IMG/VR virus record: IMGVR_UViG_3300042863_000355 | From: an uncultured virus (IMG/VR IMGVR_UViG_3300042863_000355) | Taxonomy: Duplodnaviria > Heunggongvirae > Uroviricota > Caudoviricetes | Reading direction: 5' to 3' (one strand) | Length of the DNA: 64,000 nucleotides | Program-made: the position numbers and the translations under genes | The notes under the pieces: generated by a model | Told to the model about the DNA's origin: nothing | Databases searched by the model: none | Seen by the model: only the letters and a program-made list of their open reading frames with translations | Part shown: positions 31,501 through 40,697 of the stretch, piece by piece | Position numbering within the stretch: position 1 is the first letter of the stretch | Layout of the letters: each line of letters begins with the position of its first letter

Positions 31501-32142
31501 AGTTGCCAAACAACTGATTTAAGTGGTAATACTGTTGTTACATATCCAAGCCATATGATGGTTCGTACAATTATACGTAACGATGAAATTGCTTATCCAT
31601 GGTTAGCTCCGGCAGGTACAAGACGTGGTCTAGTTGATAATGCATTCCAATTAGGTTATATAGAGTCTATTACCGGGGCATTTACAACACTGGGTGTAAG
31701 TCAAGCACTACGTGATGTATTATATCAAAATCAAGTTAATCCAATTACCTTTATTCCTGGTGTTGGTATTACTAACTTTGGTAATAAAACATTACAAGGT
31801 ACATCATCAGCATTAGATCGTATCAACGTAGCTCGTTTAGTTTGCTATATGCGTGCCAGACTTGAGACAATTGGTAAACAATATTTGTTTGAACCAAATG
31901 ATCAAATCACACGTACTGAAATTAGCAACACAATTACAAGTTTACTAATTGATTTAGTGGCTAAACGTGGTGTTTACGACTATCTAGTGGTATGTGATAC
32001 AACTAATAATACACCTACAACGATTGATCAAAATCAATTATGGGTTGATATTGCTATTGAACCAGTTAAGGCAGTGGAATTTATTTACATTCCATTACGT
32101 ATTGAAAATACTGGATCGATTGCAGCACAGGCAGTAGCCTAA
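28507..32142 (+). CDS. Contractile tail sheath protein (T4 gp18-like) with inserted domains
   Basis: LVSPGVQVTVVD N-terminus; YPWLAPAGTRRG, NPI, FGNKTL, LDRINVARL, FEPND, IEPVKAVEFIYI. Confidence 0.95.
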   Translation: MSSTLVSPGVQVTVVDQSQYLPAATNSVPLLVIATASNKLSADGAGIASGTLAVNADKLFLATSQRALSANYGVPFFYQTTNGTPINGYELNEYGLLAAYSALGVTNQCYVLRANIDLAALSASLTRPVGDPDNGTYWLDTVNSTWGIYQWNQTTSAFTNQIPLVITSTDYLNSGSSIPLQSYGSIGNYAVTATYTTNPIYFKRGGPTTTQSDDTRITGLYNTWALVGSTEWQSAWATVQGTNTPTSLTAANTFIINGTTITVPASPNNTVTGIVDAITSAGLTGVYAANMGGALNLYADHDATGVTIAVTGASGSGTAATLTFASQASAPFTVGSSISVSNIDPVEYNGTYVVTACTTTSVSYASTEVAAYVDGGTVGTPTGTVVVAAGTGTVLTTLGITAKTYTCPRYQATPSYQVPTWSQGGSTAIGVTGSIWQKTNNINLGVNIVMKSYNSALGVYVINNTPVYTGYSAAIYGLDPSGGGENIPAGALFAKAIPFNNSTAGFTIYKRYVTGPTIVTGDTVNQTFTNGNEFTISATQPGTETLTSATVTLTGTTPSSFIAAVSSADVPYVSASIDSNGAIVFTHSAGGNIILTNVTGTPVTAAGFTTSTFLCFQNYVAGVASGITLSNWVSSPTFTYTASSTAPDQNPTDGTYWYYSDPTQADIMIQQNGEWVGYQTVTSDSRGYNLTLCNATGPIISATAPTTQTNTAASPLAYGDLWVNTSDLENYPLLYRWQNVNGVDQWVEIVNTDSTQSNGILFQDARWAPNGITDPVSAALPTIQSLLTSNYLDPDAPTAELYPAGLLLWNTRRSGFNVKTYQSNYFNNNSFPTYEWASTTTYTVGEYVQYDSLVYACIANSTDDIPDASPSFWSLQSVTNTWLSAAGVRPDGSPYMGRQAQRKIIVSALKNAIDTNSSIREEQNAFNLIAVPGYPELSTNMVALNNEINNVAFSIIDTPLRLSPADVAAWATNNNGLGLPTADGNLAAGDSYAAAFYPSCQTTDLSGNTVVTYPSHMMVRTIIRNDEIAYPWLAPAGTRRGLVDNAFQLGYIESITGAFTTLGVSQALRDVLYQNQVNPITFIPGVGITNFGNKTLQGTSSALDRINVARLVCYMRARLETIGKQYLFEPNDQITRTEISNTITSLLIDLVAKRGVYDYLVVCDTTNNTPTTIDQNQLWVDIAIEPVKAVEFIYIPLRIENTGSIAAQAVA

Positions 32143-32145
32143 ATA

Positions 32146-32169
32146 AATTGGGTAGGAAACTACCCAATT
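32146..32169 (+). terminator. GAAA-tetraloop hairpin between sheath and tube (terminator or stabiliser)
   Basis: AATTGGGTAG-GAAA-CTACCCAATT perfect 10-bp stem; weak U tract. Confidence 0.5.
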
Positions 32170-32204
32170 CATTTAACTAAATAAAGTATATCGGAGATTA
32201 ACAA

Positions 32205-32858
32205 ATGGCAACATCATCACTAACTAACATGACAGTTCCTCTAGGAATAAACGGTCAAAGTCCATCGACACAAGGCCTTTTAATGCCTAAGCTGGCATAT
32301 CGTTATCGTGTTTTCTTTAATAACTTTGGTGTTAGTACTCCTACCACGGAATTAACTAAACAAGTTATGAAGTTTGATCGTCCTCATGTTCAATTTGAGG
32401 AAATTAAACTGCCAATTTATAACAGTACTGTTAAAATTGCTGGAAAACACAGCTGGCAAGATGTTACTTGCGATTTGCGCGATGATGCTGTTGGTAATGT
32501 AAGCCGTTTAGTTGGCGAGCAATTACAAAAGCAATTAGACTTTTTGGAACAAAGTTCTGCAACTGCTGCTAATACGTATAAATTTACTGTTACATTACAA
32601 GTATTAGATGGCGGCAATGGTATACAAGAAGCTGTTGTATTAGAGCAATGGAATATCTTAGGTTGCTATTTAAAAGATGTAAACTATAACTCAATGGATT
32701 ATAATACATCAGAAGCTGTTAAAATTACAATGGCGATTACATATGATAATGCTATTCAGGTTAATGCACAATCTGGAGTACCAGTAGGCGTTGGTCAAGA
32801 GATTGGTCGTGCATTTGGAAGCCTTGCTACTGCTCCAGCAACAATATTAGGTCAGTAA
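32205..32858 (+). CDS. Tail tube protein (T4 gp19-like)
   Basis: Follows sheath; PKLAYRYRV, RP.V.FEE, AGKHSW, W.I.GC, ITYDNA; own TAAATA (32178) and GGAG RBS. Confidence 0.85.
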   Translation: MATSSLTNMTVPLGINGQSPSTQGLLMPKLAYRYRVFFNNFGVSTPTTELTKQVMKFDRPHVQFEEIKLPIYNSTVKIAGKHSWQDVTCDLRDDAVGNVSRLVGEQLQKQLDFLEQSSATAANTYKFTVTLQVLDGGNGIQEAVVLEQWNILGCYLKDVNYNSMDYNTSEAVKITMAITYDNAIQVNAQSGVPVGVGQEIGRAFGSLATAPATILGQ

Positions 32859-32862
32859 TTAA

Positions 32863-34155
32863 ATGGGTACCGGCTATCAAGGCCAAGGCGGAGACCTACA
32901 GCAACCTGCTGTAGGTACTCTATTAAAAGACTACACACATGCTTCCAGAACTTTCTTAACCAACGGGTTTCAACTTACTCCGCGGTTAAAGTTTTTATAT
33001 CATGTTTATTTCAATATTAACACAGGGCAAATTCCGCAATTACAAGCCGCTTACGGAAGTGGTACTGTAGAAACTCTCGGGTTGATGGTTAAAAGCATCG
33101 ATTTGCCTAAATATAAAATTAATACTACAGTAATGAATCAGTACAATCGTAAACGTGTTGTACAAACTAAACTTAATTATGAACCATGCAGATTTACATT
33201 ACATGATGATCAAGCTGATGTAATTCGTAATCTGTGGTATAACTATCTTACATATTACTATAAAGATCCAACACAAAAATACGATAATATAGCTAATCAA
33301 AGCGGTACATTGGGGTTGACTGAAGGCAAAAGTAACGGATTTAATTATAATGTTTCAGACATTTATAATCAATCTTTTCAAACTTCCGATTGGGGTTTTA
33401 TAGGCGAAAGTTATGCAGACGGTGCTAACTCTGCTACTAATTCTAATGGTAAACCACCTTTTTTTAGAGATATTACTATATATGCATTGAGTCAAAAGAA
33501 ATTTGCCGCATGGGTGTTAGTTAATCCCATTATTTCATCATGGAATGGTGATAGTTTCGATTATTCCGATGGCGCCGGTACCATGAAAGATGATGTTACT
33601 GTTGAATATGAAACTGTAAAATACTATTCCGGAGCCGTAGGCGGAGCTCAACCATCGTCATCAGTTAAAGGGTTCGCTGATCCTGCACACTATGATATCG
33701 AACCATCGAGCATTAGTCGCCCGGGCGCAACTAATTCTGTATTTGGTCAAACTGGCATTAAACCAGCTGTAGAAGGTTCCATACAAGATTTACAAGCACT
33801 TACTTCAGGTCAAGGCGGATTGCAAAACGTAATAGGCGGGGTTCAGCGACCTATGACCACTATCAACACATTTGAAAATCAAGATTTAATTGAACAGGTA
33901 CAACCTGCATTACAAAAATCTGCTACACAAGCCGCATTAAATAGTACACCAAATGCCACTCGCGGAGCAGTTAATTCCGGCAACGGAATGGCATTTCCTA
34001 GGGCAGCTGGATATAATAATGCTAATGCGCCTGGTACAGTCGGCGAAGCATTAGCAAATGGTACGTTGACTAGTGAACAAGCACAAGCAGCAGCAGCCCG
34101 TGTAAATGCTCAAAATGCAGCATTTAGGGACGAAGAAGAAAACAAAGATTTTTAA
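32863..34155 (+). CDS. Tube-like baseplate / tube-initiator protein
   Basis: VKSIDLP...NQYNRKR..QTK..Y.P..FTLHDD...LVNPII...V.YE tube-fold pattern. Confidence 0.55.
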   Translation: MGTGYQGQGGDLQQPAVGTLLKDYTHASRTFLTNGFQLTPRLKFLYHVYFNINTGQIPQLQAAYGSGTVETLGLMVKSIDLPKYKINTTVMNQYNRKRVVQTKLNYEPCRFTLHDDQADVIRNLWYNYLTYYYKDPTQKYDNIANQSGTLGLTEGKSNGFNYNVSDIYNQSFQTSDWGFIGESYADGANSATNSNGKPPFFRDITIYALSQKKFAAWVLVNPIISSWNGDSFDYSDGAGTMKDDVTVEYETVKYYSGAVGGAQPSSSVKGFADPAHYDIEPSSISRPGATNSVFGQTGIKPAVEGSIQDLQALTSGQGGLQNVIGGVQRPMTTINTFENQDLIEQVQPALQKSATQAALNSTPNATRGAVNSGNGMAFPRAAGYNNANAPGTVGEALANGTLTSEQAQAAAARVNAQNAAFRDEEENKDF

Positions 34156-34167
34156 TAAGATAAAATT

Positions 34168-34527
34168 ATGGCCAACATTAATTCTACTAATCCCAACATC
34201 GATTTAACAGTACAAATTTTTGATAGATTCTATAATTTTCAACAATCAGTGCCGGCACAAGAATACGATGTAGTTCGTAGTTATTTGATGTCAGTTTTTG
34301 GCACAACAGCACAGGCCAATAATTTTACCACTACTATGTTTCGTATAGCAGCAGCATCTGGCATTCCAGTTATGCAACTATTACAAGGCATAGAAGGCAT
34401 GACTGGCCCTCAAATTACATTAAATTTTGCTTTTTATTTAAACACATTCCAAAGTCCGTCAACAATGTTGGGTATACAATCTCCTGTAACACCTAATTAT
34501 TATATTGCACATAATATTAAACAATAA
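34168..34527 (+). CDS. Hypothetical virion protein
   Basis: ORF within the tail operon. Confidence 0.55.
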   Translation: MANINSTNPNIDLTVQIFDRFYNFQQSVPAQEYDVVRSYLMSVFGTTAQANNFTTTMFRIAAASGIPVMQLLQGIEGMTGPQITLNFAFYLNTFQSPSTMLGIQSPVTPNYYIAHNIKQ

Positions 34528-34529
34528 TT

Positions 34530-34964
34530 ATGTCAAGTTTCCGTCAAGGTTTATACGAAGTAAACAACGCACACAAATATGTAGGCAAAGGCAAACCTAG
34601 ATATCGCAGTGGATGGGAAATGACTTTCATGCATTTCTGTGATAATAATGATAATGTAATAAATTGGGCTAGTGAACCTGTTAGAATTCCTTACCGACAT
34701 CCTCTTACAGGCAAAATGACCATGTATGTGCCTGATTTCATTGTGGTATATCGTGGCCCAAACAATACTACTAAAGCTGAATTAATAGAAATAAAACCAC
34801 GTAATCAAAGCGTAGTCGAATCAACTATGAAAGATAGCCAACGTGCTATTGTAGCAGTAAACTATTCTAAATGGTCAGCAGCTCAAAAATGGGCCAGACA
34901 AAATGGCCTAAGTTTTCGTGTAATCACAGAATCTGATATATTCTCGCAAGGACGCAAGAAGTAA
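34530..34964 (+). CDS. Head completion nuclease (T4 gp4-like, TnsA-type PD-(D/E)xK)
   Basis: YRSGWE..FM.FCD....V..WASE...IPY, YVPDF, EIKP, KW.AA..W....G..F.VITE. Confidence 0.9.
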   Translation: MSSFRQGLYEVNNAHKYVGKGKPRYRSGWEMTFMHFCDNNDNVINWASEPVRIPYRHPLTGKMTMYVPDFIVVYRGPNNTTKAELIEIKPRNQSVVESTMKDSQRAIVAVNYSKWSAAQKWARQNGLSFRVITESDIFSQGRKK

Positions 34965-34996
34965 TTGCTATCCTCCAAAATACTGTAAATAACAGT

Positions 34997-35497
34997 ATGA
35001 CTAAACGATTAGAAGAAGTTTTTGGATTTGACCAACTTGACGATGCTCAAGATCCGCCTGTTGTTGAAAATATGACAGCAGAAGAAACGCGACATGCTAT
35101 AGTACACATTGATGAAACGCTTGATAAAATTGACGATGCGTTGCCGGCTATTAGAGATTTAGCTGCATCAGATAAAGAATTAGATGAACTGTCTGATCTT
35201 GCTAAACAAAGTTATCAGGATCTAAGTGATCTTGCGTTTAATGTGGACAGTAGATATTCAGCTGAATTGTTTGCTGTTGCTAGTACAATGCTAAGTCATG
35301 CTTTAACAGCTAAAACAACCAAATTAAACAAAAAATTAAAAATGATTGATCTACAGCTTAGAAAACTAAAGTTGGATCAAGATGCAACTAAAAAATCTGG
35401 TGAGTTAAGTAACATTCCAACTGCACAAGGTCAAGTATTATCGCGTAATGATCTTCTTCAACGCTTGCTAGATGCTGGCTCACAAAAAGACAAATAG
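34997..35497 (+). CDS. Possible terminase small subunit (gp16-like)
   Basis: Helical-hairpin/coiled-coil pattern ending SRNDLL; late promoter; assignment by resemblance only. Confidence 0.4.
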   Translation: MTKRLEEVFGFDQLDDAQDPPVVENMTAEETRHAIVHIDETLDKIDDALPAIRDLAASDKELDELSDLAKQSYQDLSDLAFNVDSRYSAELFAVASTMLSHALTAKTTKLNKKLKMIDLQLRKLKLDQDATKKSGELSNIPTAQGQVLSRNDLLQRLLDAGSQKDK

Positions 35498-35522
35498 TAT
35501 AAATATAATATAGGAATCAATC

Positions 35523-36134
35523 ATGAAAAATTTTAAAGACTACTTAGCCGAAAGCGAAAGAACCTATAACTATCGTATCAAGATAGCGGGTGATTTACCA
35601 TCGGGGTTTTACAATTTGTTAAAAAGTAAACTGGCACAGTTTGATCCATTGAAAATTGGCTCAGAAAAAACTACTCCAATACAAGCTAAACCTGCTGATT
35701 TTCCAGCATGTGAAAATGAAAAAGTTACTTGCATCGATGTTATGCTACGTTATCCTGCAATTGAGCCACAGATTAAACAAATAGCTCGTTTGATGGGATT
35801 CGATGAAAATAAAATTATTATGCAAACTTCAGTGTATGGCGATGACATTGCTGAATATCAGAAAAAACTTGAAGATCAACCAGAATCATTACTGGCCGAT
35901 ACTAACTATCCAGCTGATGATGCAGAACAAAAAGAATTAAAAGCAGATTATTCAGCTGATCCATACGACCATGCTGTGTTAAAAAATGCGTATCGTTCAA
36001 ACTTTACTGTTGCAGGTGGAAAAACTAAGCCAGCAGAAACAACAAATGATTTTAAAACGGGTAATGTTAGCCCAATGACACACGCAGAAAAGCGTCCAGC
36101 AAGACCAGCCACTGGCGCAAAGACCAAAGGATAA
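35523..36134 (+). CDS. Probable head-associated protein
   Basis: MKNFKDYLAES N-terminus resembles T4 capsid-targeting sequences; TATAAATA at 35498. Confidence 0.5.
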   Translation: MKNFKDYLAESERTYNYRIKIAGDLPSGFYNLLKSKLAQFDPLKIGSEKTTPIQAKPADFPACENEKVTCIDVMLRYPAIEPQIKQIARLMGFDENKIIMQTSVYGDDIAEYQKKLEDQPESLLADTNYPADDAEQKELKADYSADPYDHAVLKNAYRSNFTVAGGKTKPAETTNDFKTGNVSPMTHAEKRPARPATGAKTKG

Positions 36135-36139
36135 TAGTA

Positions 36140-39100
36140 ATGAACCCATTTTACGCACTGAACAAGACATTAGATGATATTAGAAATGAGCCGACGCAAG
36201 AGCAAAAAGCACTTGTAGAAAGTCAAGCTCCTAAGAGTCCTGCTAAAAAGACACTTGAAGAGGCACTACGAACAGACTTACGTAGTTTGATGGAAGATGC
36301 TACTGGCGGAATGTCCGGCAGCAATACACTAGAAGGTTATCCGCCTGTGATGACACCATCTGATGAAAAATACAAACAAGCATTAGCTAGAGTGTATGGT
36401 CAACAAATATTACGTAATCCTAAGTTTCCAGACTTGCTTGCTAGATTAAAAAGAAGTACTCCAAACGAACGAGATTTAGATCTTATTATCAGAAATGGTA
36501 CATTACCAAATCATCTTGAAGAAGCCGAGAAGTCATTAAGTCAAGCTGCTAAAACAGTTAAAAAAGGTGCGTTACATAAGCAAGAAGGTATTCCGCAAGA
36601 CGAGAAAATTGGCAACAAGAAATTACAAAGTCTTAAGAAATCTGGTACGCCCCTAGAAAAGAAACGTGCTAACTTTGCGTTAAATATTCAAGGCAAGGGC
36701 AAGAAAAAAGTTAACGAATGGGGCGGTGATCCTAATGATCTATCTAATCCAAATTCTATGTGGCATCAAGGTGGCAAAGGTGCTCCTGATAGAGATCCAA
36801 AACAACACCATTACGAAATGATAGAATCTTGGTCCGATGCTGTACTTGACGCATTAGTTGATTACGGGTTCGAAATTCCTGTGCCTGAGCAACAAATAGA
36901 TCAAGTAGCAGATAAAATTTCTAATGATTTAGATTGCCCAGTTGATATTGTTAAACACATTATAGTAGGGTCAAATGATCAATACATGCATGACAACAAC
37001 GTAGATGAATGTGGAATGTATGAAGCAACACCAGATGAACTTGATCAACAAACTATAGCGCAAAAAAATAGAGCAGCAAAAACTAGAAAAAATAGTCGTG
37101 CTGTCCAACAAAAACCAGCACAGGACGGCCCACGCCGTTCAGAAATACCAGCATTTATCCGTAAGGGTCGCGGCGATCCAGGATTAGATCACAATGACCT
37201 TGAGGAAACAAATATGTACAGTGAATCAGATAAAGATATTTTAAATTATTTAAAAGCTAAATTAGCTCCTGCAGGCAAAGCAACTAGTCAGCCTTACAAT
37301 GGTTCGGCAGGTGATGCTGATGCTTACAACGGCATGGAATTTGAAGATGACGAAGGCACTGGTAAATTTGACAAACGTGAAATTTCCCCAGGCAGAACAC
37401 AATATACCCGCAAGGCAAATACATTTGTTGATGTAAATGATCCAGATCAAAAATCAACAAGCGATGGCCCACGTGGGCGTGGTCGTCCAGCTGGCAGTAC
37501 AGGTGGTGGTGGTGCTCGTTTGAAAGGCACACATGTGGCAAAACATGTCATGAAGAATCGTGAAAGAGAAGTTGACGAAGCTGGATTTGGTGATTACGAA
37601 CCTGAGCAAGGCACTGGTAAATTTGACAAACGTGTAACGTCAACTGGAACAGTATATACACGTAAGCCAGAAACTTATGTTGATGTAAACGATCCAGATC
37701 AAAAATCAGCAAGTGATGAGCCACGTGGGCGTGGTCGTCCAGCTGGCAGTACAGGTGGCGGCGGTGCTCGTTTGAAAGGCACACATGTGGCAAAACATGT
37801 CATGAAGAATCGTGAAAGAGAAGTTGACGAAGGCGATGTAGAAGATTTTGTAGACCGTGGTGGAAAGGTAACTCAAGTTCCACCAAATGACGCACCGCAT
37901 CGTCCGGGAGTCAGCTTGGGCAGCAAGCACATTGGCACAGTTAAAGGTGGAAAAGCCGGTAATATTAGCGGCAAACGTGCTAATACTCGGTCTACTGCTA
38001 AACCTATAGTTGCTGTTGAAGGCGGAGACGATTGTCCACATTGCGGTCAAGCAATGCCAGCACATGGCAAAGGCCGTGAAGTTGACATGGAAGGCGTAAA
38101 AGGCGGCATGGGTCATTTTGTTAAAGCTGCTAAGAAAGTGGGTGGTGTAGCTAAAGTACTTGCTAACAGAGACTATGATGGCGATGGCAAAATTGAAACT
38201 GGTAAAGAAGAACATGCTGGATCAGTTGACAAAGCTATCAAAGCTAACAAAGATAAACCAAAGGCTAAGAAAACCGAAGAAGGTAAAGGCGATGGTAACT
38301 TAGCCAATAATGCTAAGCCTTACGACAAAGTAACACAGGGTGATGTTGTTGCTGGACGTTTAGGTAAGGATGAAGAAGGCGGCAAAAAGAAAGCCAAGAA
38401 AGAAGAAAAAGTTGACGAAACAACAACTACTGGCTCGGTAGCTACATCATCGGGTGGTAAATCTTCAGGTGGCGGTATGTCATTTGGTGGAAGCATTTAT
38501 GATTCATGGGAACGCAAGTACAGTAACTTGCTCAAAGAAGATGTAAATGTTAGCACTAACTCATCAAAAAATGATGGTGGCGAAGAAGTTGAGAATATCA
38601 CTATTAATGTAAGTGGCGATGATGTTGCTCGCATTAAGGAAATGTTACATAGCATGGGTGTTTCACACGGGGACGAAGCTGGACATGAGCATGGCGGTGA
38701 AGAACCTTGTGATACATGTGGTGGCGTACCTTGCCAATGTGATGACATGGAAGAAGGCACAGTTGGTAGTATAGCTGGCGGCGGCATAGGCGGCGCAGCA
38801 GGTGCAGCACTTGGTGCAGTCGGCGGTCCAGTAGGCGCATTAGCAGGACGTGCAATCGGTAGCACTATTGGCAGTGCTATTGGCGATAAAGTTACTGGTG
38901 AATCTGATGTAATGGATGAATCTGCTGCACCGTTTGAAATAGGCGATAAAGTAATTTGGCGCCAGCCTTCAGGCGCACGAGTGCGCGGAGTGTTCAAAGG
39001 TATGAAAGACGGGGTAGCTGCATTGATATATAGTCATCCGTCTACAGTTGCAATTCCACTTTCTAATGTGAAATCTGATCAGGGCGAAAACGACGGAGAT

Positions 39101-39430
39101 TTATATGATCCAAAAAGGCCTAATCCAACAATGGAAGAAGAAGATGATGCTGGGCATCAAAGAATGATGGAGCTAGCTGGCCTTGGCGAAGCTAATGTTA
39201 CATACAGTAACAACGAGCCAGATTATCCTAGCAACCAAGAATATGCTGATACTCAGATGATTACAAGAGGTTACGCAGGTGGTGGTGGAGCCAAAGAAAA
39301 ATCAACTGGGCAAGCTACTTTACCTGTAGTGGCAAGTCAAGTTAATCGATTGCATAGCCATGTTTCAGAAGGACAACGCATGAATGATTTATATAAAACT
39401 ATCCAAGCGATAGAAAATAAGGAAGTATAA
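36140..39430 (+). CDS. Large low-complexity modular protein (1096 aa), probable internal head protein
   Basis: Segments punctuated by hydrophobic-x-E motifs; duplicated PRGRGRP module, DxDxDG, CxxC and glycine zipper. Confidence 0.55.
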   Translation: MNPFYALNKTLDDIRNEPTQEQKALVESQAPKSPAKKTLEEALRTDLRSLMEDATGGMSGSNTLEGYPPVMTPSDEKYKQALARVYGQQILRNPKFPDLLARLKRSTPNERDLDLIIRNGTLPNHLEEAEKSLSQAAKTVKKGALHKQEGIPQDEKIGNKKLQSLKKSGTPLEKKRANFALNIQGKGKKKVNEWGGDPNDLSNPNSMWHQGGKGAPDRDPKQHHYEMIESWSDAVLDALVDYGFEIPVPEQQIDQVADKISNDLDCPVDIVKHIIVGSNDQYMHDNNVDECGMYEATPDELDQQTIAQKNRAAKTRKNSRAVQQKPAQDGPRRSEIPAFIRKGRGDPGLDHNDLEETNMYSESDKDILNYLKAKLAPAGKATSQPYNGSAGDADAYNGMEFEDDEGTGKFDKREISPGRTQYTRKANTFVDVNDPDQKSTSDGPRGRGRPAGSTGGGGARLKGTHVAKHVMKNREREVDEAGFGDYEPEQGTGKFDKRVTSTGTVYTRKPETYVDVNDPDQKSASDEPRGRGRPAGSTGGGGARLKGTHVAKHVMKNREREVDEGDVEDFVDRGGKVTQVPPNDAPHRPGVSLGSKHIGTVKGGKAGNISGKRANTRSTAKPIVAVEGGDDCPHCGQAMPAHGKGREVDMEGVKGGMGHFVKAAKKVGGVAKVLANRDYDGDGKIETGKEEHAGSVDKAIKANKDKPKAKKTEEGKGDGNLANNAKPYDKVTQGDVVAGRLGKDEEGGKKKAKKEEKVDETTTTGSVATSSGGKSSGGGMSFGGSIYDSWERKYSNLLKEDVNVSTNSSKNDGGEEVENITINVSGDDVARIKEMLHSMGVSHGDEAGHEHGGEEPCDTCGGVPCQCDDMEEGTVGSIAGGGIGGAAGAALGAVGGPVGALAGRAIGSTIGSAIGDKVTGESDVMDESAAPFEIGDKVIWRQPSGARVRGVFKGMKDGVAALIYSHPSTVAIPLSNVKSDQGENDGDLYDPKRPNPTMEEEDDAGHQRMMELAGLGEANVTYSNNEPDYPSNQEYADTQMITRGYAGGGGAKEKSTGQATLPVVASQVNRLHSHVSEGQRMNDLYKTIQAIENKEV
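37353..37832 (+). repeat. Tandem intragenic duplication (~84 codons)
   Basis: 37469-37580 vs 37721-37832 near-identical (offset 252 nt); upstream parts also similar. Confidence 0.9.
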
Positions 39431-39919
39431 ATGGCACAGGCAAATGTACTAACATCAGCATCAAATGTAATTTGGTACACTGATAAATGTGAAATTGTTA
39501 CAGGCAATACTGCTGTCACATATAACGTTTATCAGGTTGCGTTGCCTCCACAAATTACATTTAGTGGTACTACTGCTAATCTTAGTAATGTTATCACTAC
39601 TACCGCATCAATGGTATTGCCAGCAGGTAGCGCAATTACTGGAACTGGCATTGCAGCTTCAACCACTATAGCTTCACAAATTCCGTATGTTAGTGTAACC
39701 CTAAGTGCTAATGCTACAGCAAATGCCACTAATGTGTTTACTGTAACAACTCCTCCTAATGGTAATTTGTACTCAGCTGCTCCGCAAGTTTCAGCTAATT
39801 CTAGTCAACAAATTTACGTTGGTGCTGGTAACTATCTAACTGTTACCGGAGCTAACTTTACTGCTAGAGAATTAGGAACAGCATCATCTGCTACGGCTGG
39901 TGTTAACGGGCAAGGTTAA
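39431..39919 (+). CDS. Hypothetical virion structural protein
   Basis: Thr/Ala/Asn-rich beta-type sequence; AGGA RBS. Confidence 0.55.
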   Translation: MAQANVLTSASNVIWYTDKCEIVTGNTAVTYNVYQVALPPQITFSGTTANLSNVITTTASMVLPAGSAITGTGIAASTTIASQIPYVSVTLSANATANATNVFTVTTPPNGNLYSAAPQVSANSSQQIYVGAGNYLTVTGANFTARELGTASSATAGVNGQG

Positions 39920-39921
39920 TC

Positions 39922-40299
39922 ATGCGAGCCCGTGAGTTTATTGTTGAAAATGCTGTAGGTAAACTTAGCAAACATCATCAAGAAGCTACTCGCGGACTAA
40001 ATGTTTTTGCCAAGAGAATAGATACTTACGATAAATTATATGATTTAAATCGTGTAATGATGGCAGTAGCAAGTAGTGATGGAATAAACCCAATAGAAAT
40101 GGATTCTGAAAGTTGGGTGGGCAAACATAATACTGCACACGCTTATACTGAAGAAGAACAGAATATGCTTAAATTGGCATACAAAGCTGCCGGCGTAGAA
40201 TATAAAGATTTAAATGATGGTAATTTAAATAGTGAAGAATTAGCATCGACGAACACAGATAGTCCAGTGGTAGCATTTAAAGGATACAAACGCAAATGA
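39922..40299 (+). CDS. Hypothetical protein, paralogue of the next gene
   Basis: MRAREFIVE...SPVVAFKGYKRK. Confidence 0.65.
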   Translation: MRAREFIVENAVGKLSKHHQEATRGLNVFAKRIDTYDKLYDLNRVMMAVASSDGINPIEMDSESWVGKHNTAHAYTEEEQNMLKLAYKAAGVEYKDLNDGNLNSEELASTNTDSPVVAFKGYKRK

Positions 40300-40697
40300 G
40301 AGCCCGTGAATTTATTGCGGAAGATACAAGTTTTGACAAGGGCTCTATACAGACTGACGTTGCTCGTAGTTTGCCATCAACATATATTATTCCAGCCTTA
40401 CAAAATCAAAATGCATACATGCAATATAGATTTAGTGTAGCATTAGCAGGAGCCAAAGGAAAAGAAGAAAGAAAAAAAGAAGGTGATCCTGAATTTAATA
40501 CTACTACCAGTTGGGGAGAAAATGAAATTATTATATCATCTGATCCTGATATCGAAAAATGGATTGATATTGCTTTAAAAGATATGGGATTGCCAAGCTC
40601 TGACAAAAGATTAGTAAGCACTAAAACTAGTGATGAACCCGCTAGTACCATTACAAAAAGCCCTGTAACTGCCTTTACTGGGTACAAAAGAAAATAA
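40296..40697 (+). CDS. Hypothetical protein, paralogue of the previous gene
   Basis: MRAREFIAE...SPVTAFTGYKRK. Confidence 0.65.
   Translation: MRAREFIAEDTSFDKGSIQTDVARSLPSTYIIPALQNQNAYMQYRFSVALAGAKGKEERKKEGDPEFNTTTSWGENEIIISSDPDIEKWIDIALKDMGLPSSDKRLVSTKTSDEPASTITKSPVTAFTGYKRK

Noticed and set aside
37262..38997. Paired minus-strand ORFs beginning MPHVCLSNEH and other antisense ORFs
   Set aside because: Mirror of the 252-nt duplication inside the plus-strand gene
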